Positions 53,798 to 64,000 of a stretch of 64,000 bases of DNA are shown here, piece after piece. The translations under genes were made by a program, and so were the position numbers. Position 1 is the stretch's first letter. Each line of letters opens with the position of its first letter. This stretch comes from Trichosphaerium sp. ATCC 40318 (Eukaryota > Protista > Tubulinea). The notes beneath the pieces are model-generated. The model did not search any database and was not told the DNA's origin. It saw only the letters and a program-made list of their open reading frames with translations. The DNA lies in contig JALMLS010000103.1 of the NCBI GenBank assembly GCA_038496445.1, forward strand, positions 124,001 to 188,000, given 5' to 3'.

Positions 53798-55100
53798 ATG
53801 GTACACTGTTTTAAAACAAAGACTGTGAAGAACGAAGTTCTGGTTTTTTTTTTTTTTTTTGGTTTCGGTTTTTTGTTAATTCGTTTTACACAAAACATTT
53901 CATGATTCATTTATTTCAGTCTTGGCGTTCTTGTACCTAATTTTTTAATAGAATTGTAATAATTTCATTGTAGTAACAGATCCAGAGACAGGACGTGAAG
54001 TAGAGGTAGAAGAGAGTGTGTATAATGTTGTGGTATCTTTAGGTATTCTTTTTTGTGTTTTGGAAGAATGAAATTACAAATCTTCAAAACACCAAACGAT
54101 GACGAACTTTTTTGTCTAACTTCGATCGTTTTTTCAGAGAAAATAAAGTCTGTTGGGAACCGTAAAGTTAGTTCCTCCAGAGGTGATCTATCAAGACTAC
54201 GTCGTCAGATAAAGGTATTGAAAGATAAATCAAGAACAGACGAAATAGAGAAGAAAAAATTGACACGCGCTTTGCAAGAGTCAGAAGTAACCGTAGGAGA
54301 GCAGAAAGTGAGTTCATCTGGCACATTTTTTTTTCGTGGATATTTTTCTATTTTTTGGGAGATGGATTTTGACACGTGTCGTATTTTTGATGAGATAAAA
54401 ACAAATTACTATTTAAACACGCATGTGTTTATACTTTGCAACTTGAAATTCGCTCGTTGTGGAAAATTCAAAGTAGCAGTTTACGTTGAAACTTTTTTTT
54501 TTTTAATTTTCAGAGCGCTTGGTTTAACTATTTTACCGATAGAAGACTATACGCCAGTTACGTAATCAGTTGGTTCTATTAAAGTCAGGCTTTGATAACA
54601 TACCATCTCGGCTCTATGTACCTGATGCTAGATCTATACATGAGTCAAAAGTCGTGAATAGTTTTATTTCTCAACCAACGAAGAAAAGAAAATCAACAGA
54701 ACGAAAATCTCTTCCTATTCTCGCAACGCTAGCCATACCAGAACAACAAGAAAAGCCACCAAGAAAGCGCGTGCGTGTGCGCCATGTCAAGAGCTTAAAC
54801 TCTCCGCTGTATGTTCCTGGTGGTCCGGAAACAACGTCAAAAATGTTTAAGCATCCAACATATAGTGTTGAAAGAATATACGAAAGAACCACTATCACAC
54901 CACTGTCGTCAACAAACTTTCCTAAGTTAAACGCAACAGAATCATTAGATAAAGAGAGGAAACGAATGAACGCATTAAAAAGAGAAGAAGATGATATATT
55001 CAGAGGTCAAAATCAACGACAACAGAAAATGTCAACATCTATTAATATAGCAAGACTTAACAGTAGAAGCGATAGTGATATGCTTAAAAATTCTTTGTAA
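53798..55100 (+). CDS. Hypothetical coiled-coil, NLS-containing protein; paralog of 6019-7088
   Basis: ATG|GTACAC first exon; MNCNNFIVVTDPETGREVEVEESVYNVVVSL; coiled coil; KKRK; LNSPLYVPG. Confidence 0.7.
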
Positions 55101-55373
55101 AAATAAACCACCAAATGTAGCTTATTTATATCTCCGCCTACTGGAACTAAACTATGGCATATTGGCCAGCAGTGTATTCGTAACAAGGTTACTTTGAAGA
55201 GCACAACCAGTTGAAACTGTTTTCAACCTCAATGGTCCACAGTGATTTGTCATAGTGGTTTAATTGCTTCATATTGTAGTACTATACAAAGGGGTGACAT
55301 TAGAGTCCAGTAGTTTTTTTGTCAAGACACGTGATTTATTAAAAAACCAATACAAGAAAAGCAAATTATCTGA

Positions 55374-56727
55374 CTACCATAAAGTAAATCCTCCGTCAAT
55401 GACCTAGGGTAGTGCAATGTTACAAAGAGAGTTTTTAGTTTATTAATACCATATTATGTCCTGTCATAAAATCTAAAGACACCAATCAAAACAAAAAAAA
55501 TACAAGTGGGAACATTCAAACTTACCACTGACTTCGCTTGCCAAAAAGACTACGGCTCCTTGTAAGTCCTCTACTTCTCCAAGAGTGCCAGCTGGTGTAT
55601 CGCTTATCCATTTACCTTTAACTTCTTCAGCTTCAGGACCTTGTATGAGCGGCGTGTTGATGTATCCTGGGCTTTTAACAACTCGTTAATTGCATGGATA
55701 AGGAAATGTATTGTAAACCTGATACAGTTTACACGGACACCTCTTGATGCCCACTCTGCAGCCATACTCTTTGTTAGCTGAATCACGCCTGCCTTGCTGG
55801 CATTGTATGAACACTATGTAAACAATGACATCTCACTTGCGTTAGTAATTAGGTACCTGTGGTTGAGGATGAACTATGATACTACCAGACATCGATGCAG
55901 CTGGCAAAATGTAAGCTGTTTATTTTTAGTCAAACAACCAAACTCGTACTATTAATGATTTTACCATACCCAGCCTCTAACATTATCTTTGCTTCTGCTT
56001 GAGCACAAAGAAACACACCTACATGAATATTGTCTATTGGGATTCTAGTAGACTAGGTTGAGATGTATGTGCCTTTTAGATTGACATCCATCACGCTATT
56101 ATATTTTAGTAATTGTAACATTTATTATAGTACAAGTTTCGTGCCTGCTCCATTGATTTATAGTCAATGACTCTGCGGAAGCATTTGTACAAATACCAGC
56201 ATTGTTAACCTTAATTTCCATTCTGTTATTGGCGGTTATGTACAATGCTACTTACTCCAATATGGAGTGCTCCTTTCCAATCCAAGACTTGTTTTATCAT
56301 TGACTCAACATCCTCTAATACAGAAATTTATCAGTATCACCTAATAAGTGACCTCACCTTTCTTAGTTACATCCGTTCTAATGGCTATTCGTTTAGTTAA
56401 AAATCGAAATAACAAGTCATTAAAATCACGTGCCAATTGATTGTATGTTCTTCTTTTTAAGCTCTTCCACTACACTTTCGGCACGTTCTATAGCGATATC
56501 TACCACTGCAACATATGCTCCTGCCTCTCCAAGTGCGTGGCAGAAAGCCCTACCAATACCTTGACCTTTTTGTTCAAATTAAAGAGAGAAACACTACATT
56601 GGCATACCTCCGCCTTTAATCGATATTAGATGTCATAATTGCTTGTTTTAAGAAAGTATGTACCAGTAACCAGAGCCACTCTATCTTTAAGAGAGAAACG
56701 TTGTAGTATAGGAGTATTAGTTGACAT
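55374..56727 (-). CDS. Classical short-chain dehydrogenase/reductase (polyol/sugar reductase-like), multi-exon
   Basis: [56 protein letters not shown]. Confidence 0.92.
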
Positions 56728-58383
56728 TCTTATAGTTCGAGAAGTTGTGTATTTTGGTAATTTTTATTTCTCGTCAACTACGTTCTTCTGGCCACTAGGG
56801 CTACAAGAGTAATTACTCTGGACGTAGAGACGCAGCCATGGTATAATATCGACTGATTTAGTTAAACTGACCAAAGATACCTATGCAATCGCCACCCCGA
56901 AGCTTAACAATAGTTATTTTGGTAAAAATGCCATGGTCCGTTTTCTACAAGGGAAACTTGGTTGGCCTTGAGAGCTATATTCCAGTGGGGACTACGACCT
57001 GTCAAAATAGCGTGGTGCATTGGTACAAGAAGAACAGGTGATGTAAGAGCAGTGTTGCCTTATTGGAGGTACGTTTTCGAACTTGAAACCAAATATACAA
57101 TCACGTGATAAGTCTGTAAGACTACTTTAGGCTTTGGCAATCATGGATTTAATTAATCCAGAAGGTCCTTGAGGCTGAAACGTAAGCGTGATGCTGTAGG
57201 TTATGAAGAAACAAGAAAAGAATTACAGCAAGAACAATGCATGCTCCCAAAAAGTCATCCACAATTGAACCAAATATCTAGTGGTGAAACATTCTCTGTA
57301 CAATTTCAGCAAGCAAATCCACCTCCTTCTTTGTTCCCACTTATAAATCCAGTACCAGAGATTTCATGGCTGGTGTAACTTATCTCTGGTGTAATTATGT
57401 AAATAATAAAGTTTGACTATCCTTGTTAAAGCTTTAAATAACGTCCACGTGTTATTTAATACAACGCAATAGAGTGTACATTTTTCTAGCCATAATGGAA
57501 TGGTGTTAATGTTTCAGCCATAAGAGTAAGACTACAAAACCTGTAAACAATTTTTTCAACTTTTTAAAAATAGATTAAAAAGCTCAGTTATATGAAAGTG
57601 CACACGAGTTTGGTGATTAAAAAGCGCTTTAGCGTCCCCTCGTAATTTTGCTCAATTCCGAGTTAATGAGTCCGGCAGTGCCTGGGTATTGACAGCACGA
57701 ATGATTTGAGTTATTTTGCTTATTTAATGGATTACATTGATAAAACCGTGGAATGTTAGCTTGGTATTCTGCCTTTTCCTAATCCTCTCTGTATCCAAAA
57801 AAAAAGTTATTTTCCGAAACCCCGAATGACTCCTCATTGGCGAAATACCTTTCCTTGACACGTTTTGCTTTGTTATTCCTAATTATCCACATATGAGTAT
57901 TTTATATAATTTTGGATGAGTTACTGGATTTTTGAAGTTTGCGAGTGGAAAAATTGATTAAAACAAAACATTGAGAAGCTGTTCACTAATACGTCACTGC
58001 GTGACAGGAACTCCTTAATACCTCCAATGAACTTGATTGTAACGTGCAACAGCATACGTTACTATTCTCTGATTACATTTAATCATGAGATTAATGAACA
58101 TTAAAATATATTCTCTGAATTATGTAATGACCTTTAATAAATACGCTACTATCCTACAACTAAGGCCACGTCTCTCTTACAAGTATTCTCATCTCGTGTT
58201 CCCTTCAACGTTTCATTGATACAAAAGTGGCCTGGCAAAAACAACTTTGTAAGGAATTAAGGCAGACTATGCATTAAGCCACCGTTTTTAGAAAATAAAC
58301 TAACTTCTCGCAGTATACTTGTGCTCGCAACACTTGTACGCTATTAGTACGAATATTTGACAAAAACTACCGGTGATCATACA

Positions 58384-59463
58384 ATGGAAAAGGAGAAACA
58401 ACAAACACAGTTCAACCAAGTATTTGACCTTGTTGCGCTACCAATTGAGTTAATAGTCCATATTCTCAAACAAGGGACGTATACACTTCGTACAGCCCAA
58501 ACGTGCCATCTTTTACGAGATATTGTTCACAACCATGTTGGGTATGGTCGTATCCGTATTAAAAACACAAATGAAGTTCAGATGCTTTCTGGTAGCCCAT
58601 TACTCCACAATACGAATATTGATTTTTTTCGATACACGCCAACAAACGACATTATTGCGGCATTGGCAGGTGTGCACACTATCAATTTGCGTTGTTGTAG
58701 ATCAATAACAGACAATGGCATTGTGGCGTTGGCAGGTGTACATGATATTGAGTTATCAGGTACAAATGTAACAGATGAAGGTTTGAAGGCATTGGCAGGT
58801 GTACACACTATCAACCTATCTTGTTGTGAGTCAATAACAGACAACGGCATTGTGGCATTGGCAGGTGTACATGATATTAATTTATCAGAAACAAATGTAA
58901 CAGATGAAGGTTCGAAGGCATTGGCAGGTGTACACACAATCTCCTTGTTTTGTTGTAAGCCAATAACAGACAATGGCATTGCGGCATTGGCAGGTGTACA
59001 CTCTATCAACTTGTATGGTTGTAGATCAATAACAGACAATGGCATTGCAGCATTGGCAGGTGTACATGATATTGATTTATCATTTTCAAATGTAACAGAT
59101 GAAGGTTTGAAGGCGTTGGCAGGTGTACACACTATCGACTTGTATGCTTGTAAATCAATAACAGACAATGGCATTGCGGCATTGGCAGGTGTACATACGA
59201 TTAATTTAACATTTACAAATGTAACAGATGAAGGCTTGAAGGCATTGGCAGGTGTACATACGATTAATTTATCAGATACAAATGTAACAGATGAAGGCTT
59301 GAAGGCATTGGCAGGTGTGCACTCTATCAGATTGTTTGGTTCTAAGTCAATAACAGACAATGGCATTGCGGCATTGGCAGGTGCACACACTATCTCCGCA
59401 TATGGTTGTGAGTTAATAACAGACAATAGCATTGCAAGCACTGGTAGGCTCAAAAGTAAGTAG
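58384..59463 (+). CDS. Intronless F-box/LRR protein (LAGVH repeats)
   Basis: FDLVALPIELIVHILK; about 12 regularly alternating 22/21-aa LRRs. Confidence 0.9.
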   Translation: MEKEKQQTQFNQVFDLVALPIELIVHILKQGTYTLRTAQTCHLLRDIVHNHVGYGRIRIKNTNEVQMLSGSPLLHNTNIDFFRYTPTNDIIAALAGVHTINLRCCRSITDNGIVALAGVHDIELSGTNVTDEGLKALAGVHTINLSCCESITDNGIVALAGVHDINLSETNVTDEGSKALAGVHTISLFCCKPITDNGIAALAGVHSINLYGCRSITDNGIAALAGVHDIDLSFSNVTDEGLKALAGVHTIDLYACKSITDNGIAALAGVHTINLTFTNVTDEGLKALAGVHTINLSDTNVTDEGLKALAGVHSIRLFGSKSITDNGIAALAGAHTISAYGCELITDNSIASTGRLKSK

Positions 59464-59905
59464 CTTGGAAATATTCAGCAAAATTATTTCATGCCATGTG
59501 CAATACGTCTAATATGTAAGCAGTTGTTGCTCTAGTAAAGTTCTATTAATCAGTAAGAAAAACTTACTATTATCTCCATTAAACACATTTGGTGCTATAG
59601 GACTAATTTTCAAAGCTGATAACATGACTTTATACACAAAATGTATTTGCACTCAAGTATATTCCGCTTAGACATCCTTTATGGGCATTTCCAGTGTACT
59701 CTTTGTAAAAGTCTCTATTTTGTTAATTGACAAAAACTAACACACATGACTTGTGTGCCAATGTTGGAACAAAAAAAGGAAGTTAACGTGACCATTCACC
59801 AAAGGTTTAAATAAAGCATGTTACGACTTAACAACGTGACAGACTTAGGGTCAGATGCCTCATACCATCAGTCTTTGTGTTGCTAAAGTAAACAGAACAT
59901 GGAGT

Positions 59906-59966
59906 ATAGCAGGAGTAATAACAGATGACAAAGGTTTAAAAGAACTGACTGCACATTAAATAAATA
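59906..59966 (+). pseudogene. Relic of the 3' end of an F-box/LRR paralog
   Basis: ATAGCAGGAGTAATAACAGATGACAAAGGTTTAAAAGAACTGACTG closely matches ~62064-62109; CACATTAAATAAATA recurs at ~62168. Confidence 0.6.
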
Positions 59967-60299
59967 CGTTTTGGAAAGCTGGGATACCATGACACTTTGC
60001 TACATTAAAATAGATTTCTAGACACCGTATTACCATCTGTTAGCTTATAACTCATCTCCTTGAACCTCTTTTATTCCAACAATCGATCCATTTACGAACA
60101 TAAGTGTGTTGCCTTTGTACAACGTATGTATAACAAAGTTGGAAGTCTAGCTAGCTAGTGAGAGCTAGTGAAGAAGTTTTCCAAAGATCTTTCCCAAAAG
60201 GCCAGTTTACCAATAAAGTACATTTGAGTTTAACATCTATTGCCTGTGCTATCTGGACTGTGCCTTCTCACATCTCACGGAATTTTACAATGACAGATG

Positions 60300-61091
60300 T
60301 TTGGTTTGTTACAGCCAAGTGATACCCAAAGCCTCAACATCCGATTTTCTTATCTTTTTGCAAACACTTCGAAGTTTAATACTTTTGAGAGTTTTCAAAC
60401 TGAGATGTAATCTTGAGGCAATATAATAACTCCAGATACTCAAGATTTACTAAGTTCTTGAATGCTGAGTCTGTATGTAATAGCAAAATCTGAGAGCCAG
60501 ATGTTTGACGTTTGTTAGTACTTTGCTTGCATCATCTCTCAATGTTCTGCCATTCTCAATTCTCACAGTATGTACATTGCCTAGTTGTTTGATACATTCA
60601 CTTTGTGTACCCTCTATTCCAATGAGTTTAATATGCTTTGCGAATTCCTTTACTCCTTGAGGAGTTATATGAGTGCAACCAGAAATATTGATGGTATGTA
60701 CACCTACAAGAGCCTTCAATGAAGCATCTGTTACAGAAGTGTATTCAAGTTTATTTTGCTTTCTTCCTTTGGGCATTAATGCAAGTACACCTCGTCAGTA
60801 ATCCTTGTTGATGCAAGGTTTATAGTATGCACTCCACAAAGGTGAGACAAGTCATGTTCTGATAGATGTATAAGCTGCAGTTAATATGAGCAAGGACTTC
60901 CTTTCAGAACATCACACTCTGATGAATGTTTCAAGTTTATAGTTTCTGGTCCGATATTACAACGAATAATGTCGTTAAATACGTGATAAACTGTGGAAGC
61001 TTTAATACGTTGTTTTCTGGTTAAACATCTTAGAATTAGCGGGTAGATTCTGAATCGTTGTAGATAGTATTGCATCTGGTGGTAGTGACAT
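60300..61091 (-). pseudogene. Degraded F-box/LRR gene, paralog of 4211-5471
   Basis: LTRKQRIKASTVYHVFNDIIRCNIG matches LNRKQRIKSTTVCHVFNDIIRHNVG; LTNVKHLAL matches LINTKHLAL; several frameshifts. Confidence 0.75.
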
Positions 61092-61295
61092 TTGTTGCTT
61101 TGTACACGAGCTACTGTAAATCAAGATGAAACTTGATGTCACGTGTTTTGTTTGTATAGACTGTATTTGACTGTTTGACCTTTTAATATACGAATAGACT
61201 TTTTGTTGCTCTACAAGGATCGTAGAGTCTAACAAGGGTTCAGAATTGAGCCGAAACTTATCACGTTGGCACGTGTTTAGAATTATTGAAACAAA

Positions 61296-62135
61296 ATGGA
61301 GGAAGATTACACAGAGAGCACAAATCAGCAGACATTCGACCTTATTGTGCTACCTATTGAATTAATAGTGCATATTCTGAAACAAGGAAAGTACACGCTC
61401 CGTTCAGCCCAAACATGCCACATTATGCGAGACATTGTTCATAACCATATTGGTTATGGTAAAATCAAAATTAAAACAGAAAATGACCTTCAAAAACTTT
61501 GTGGTAGTCCATTGCTCCAAAATACAACTATAATATTTGAGAGTGTAGTGCAAGCTAACTTTTGGCTAAACAACAGCAAAATGCATTTACTTGCAGGTGT
61601 GCGCAAGATTAATTTGGCATATACAAGGGTAACAGATGAAGGTTTGAAGGCACTGGCAGGTGTACATACTATCAACTTAAGTTGGTGTAAATCAATAACA
61701 GATGAGGGTGTCAAGGCTTTGGCTGGTGTACACAAGATTTATTTACCATTTACAGATATAACAGATGAAGGTTTGAAGGCGTTGGCAGGTGTACATACTA
61801 TTAGTTTGTCACATTGCAAATTAATTACGGACAAGGGCATTTCAGCATTGACAGGAGTACATGAGATTAATTTATCAGATACAGATGTAACAGACAAGGG
61901 CATTTCAGCATTGACAGGAGTACACACTATTAATTTATCTAAAGTATATATAACAGATGAAGGTTTGAAGCCATTGGCAGGTGTACATACAATCTACTTG
62001 ATAACGTTTTCAATAACAGCTGCAGGGTTAAAGGCAATTTCAGGTGTACATACTATCTACTTGATAGCGGGAGCAATAGCAGACGACAAAGGTATAAAAG
62101 AATTGACTGGCGCACAAAAGGTAATTAGACACTAG
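61296..62135 (+). CDS. Intronless F-box/LRR protein (LAGVH repeats)
   Basis: FDLIVLPIELIVHILK; about 8 LRRs; close paralog of the genes at 10438 and 58384. Confidence 0.9.
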   Translation: MEEDYTESTNQQTFDLIVLPIELIVHILKQGKYTLRSAQTCHIMRDIVHNHIGYGKIKIKTENDLQKLCGSPLLQNTTIIFESVVQANFWLNNSKMHLLAGVRKINLAYTRVTDEGLKALAGVHTINLSWCKSITDEGVKALAGVHKIYLPFTDITDEGLKALAGVHTISLSHCKLITDKGISALTGVHEINLSDTDVTDKGISALTGVHTINLSKVYITDEGLKPLAGVHTIYLITFSITAAGLKAISGVHTIYLIAGAIADDKGIKELTGAQKVIRH

Positions 62136-64000
62136 TTTCAGCTGTTATTATCGCCATACTGACTTGTCACATTAAATAAATATACCCTTGACATGACTCT
62201 ATCCGCTGGCATAAAACAGTTGTCTACAGCACAGATTTCAAAACAATTTATCGCAATGCTATGAATAGAGCGAATCGGATCTAAACAATCCGACTTATGA
62301 AAATTGCAAGTTTTTGCTGAGATAGAAACTGGCAAATCTTCTAATATTGTGCAGTTTGTACAAAAACGCGAACTGTACACTTGTAGTTACAGTTTGAGAT
62401 TTGACAGATTTGACGAGCTCTCCCAGTAACTACTTCTGCCAGAACTGACAGTTTAGAAAAGCGCTGCAAAATGATGATAACCAGCTTTCAAAAGGTGGTT
62501 ACCCAGTTTGTTTGTTGTCGTCTTACAATCTAATGTTAGTGATGTTACGAAAACGTTTGCAAACTGTAAACCAACAAAAAAATTTTTTGGAATTGTCTTT
62601 GGTAAGGCGTTGTGGTATCACGCCCACTGCTGCCAAAGAAACTTGAACTAACCCATTCCTTGGTTGTTGCCCAAAGACAGTACAAGTGCATTTAATGTGA
62701 CTGGTAAGTGGTTAAAAATGAAGTTAGAATAGCTACATTGCACTCTTCTCTCCATGTCTATTACATTACCGGTTGTAAACACGTGCAAGGCTTGAATGTT
62801 CTTGGGATGTGGACCTGCGCTTTCACTCATTTGTAAGAAATTACTGTGAGTTTCGACTCAAAAACGACTTGGACCAAATTTTTTCATTATTTTTTAAGAC
62901 CGTTTGGTAACATCTATCTAACTCATTTATTTATCACTAACACCTTCCAAGAAGTTCACTTACCATGGGCGGGTGACTTGGGTGTTGCCTTTGTATGTTG
63001 GTTCTAACCTAGGAGCTATTATAACACCTTATTACAAAAAACTGTGTCCGGCATTCTACCCAGCATTGGCGAAAGCAAGGTGGCAATTCTACCAACTCAA
63101 GAGAATTTCACTTAGATTTTAGAGGCGCTTATGTTGGCCTCTGACGCTACTGTATTACTCTGCAGTGCTATAGTGTTAAATAAAAGTATAAATCGTACCA
63201 ATGCCAGTTTTCACGTGCTCAAAGCGGCTATTTACATGCGTAACCACACTTGTTGAGCCACGAAAACAACCAAAGTGAGGTTTTAGCGCTCTTTTGTCAA
63301 CCTAATTATGATGGATGTCTTGCGAATGGGTAGCGATTACCTTTGTTTCTTGCAGTTTCTTACACCTCCAATGAAAATGACATATCTCCCAGAACTTGTG
63401 CGTTTGTTATTTCTTACATTTCTTGAGTGAAAGGCAGTTCGCCTATTTGCCCTAGTTTTTTTCACACTTGCTTGCTACGGGCAATAACTTGAATGACACG
63501 GGTAATAATGACATGAACAGAAAGTCACGTGTATGCTACAAGTCAGGGTTCGGCCTTTTAAAAGTAGCTAAACGTTACAATAGCGTTATTGTACGTCAAA
63601 GCCAGAAACAATTTCGCGAATCTGAGCGATGGAATTCACCTTTGTTGTTGTATCTACTAATCTACGAGTTCGTAAACTATAGCATGGGTTCTACTTTGTT
63701 CCGGTACGTATAGGATAAGACAGGGTCTACTTAATCTTAAAAATGTGAGAAACTACAGATATTTGTCCTTGAGATATTACGAACTTATGGTTTGTTGCTA
63801 CGCGCAAGAAGAGCAATTTCTGAAATAAAATAATACTACCCATAAATACTCGGGTATTGAAAAAAATGAGTTTTCTAGCCTGTAGAAGTCCAAAAAGAAC
63901 TAGTCTTTGAAGTGTAGTGTATTTTTATAAGTGCTGGTGCATATTAGAGAGTTGTCGGGCTTGGTTTTGGGTATTGGTTTAAAAATCAGTGAAAATAAGT

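Noticed and set aside
56838-57402. Possible gene or SWIRM-like relic with an intron near 57069-57130
   Set aside because: No continuous frame could be built and the similarity is too weak
58578-59453. 291-aa antisense ORF (also 10800-11537 and 61490-61927)
   Set aside because: Shadow of the repetitive LRR coding strand
62140-63400. LRR-like fragments on the minus strand (LPVTLNALVLSLGNN)
   Set aside because: Many stops; cannot be distinguished from chance without a profile search

Overview
AT-rich, compact eukaryotic nuclear DNA with many short spliceosomal introns (mostly about 45-110 nt, dominant donor GTACGT/GTATGT). It is most likely an amoebozoan, because it carries a villidin-type coronin-PH-gelsolin-headpiece gene. 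The ORF track mostly shows exon fragments, so gene models were rebuilt by hand. Multi-exon genes: secreted subtilisin, CUE-TROVE/vWA-like-U-box protein, sphingosine-1-phosphate lyase, divergent pyruvate kinase, divergent Nop58-like protein, secreted ricin-B lectin, mitochondrial PPR-exonuclease, atypical Arf, mitochondrial SerRS, JMJD4, CaMK1-like kinase, villidin, an SDR and two paralogous coiled-coil genes. Interspersed are intronless F-box-LRR and MORN-repeat genes and relics resembling giant-virus families. Highlights: (1) at least seven GC-AG introns with a GCACGT-type donor, three lacking an exon-terminal G; (2) an intact two-gene DD38E IS630/Tc1-mariner element with ~140-bp TIRs inside a host intron; (3) a 1.2-kb TIR element in the subtilisin last exon whose ends could splice it out in frame; (4) three identical tRNA-Glu genes, two in the sense strand of introns; (5) strong CACGTG enrichment. 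All calls come from manual reading; no searches were run.
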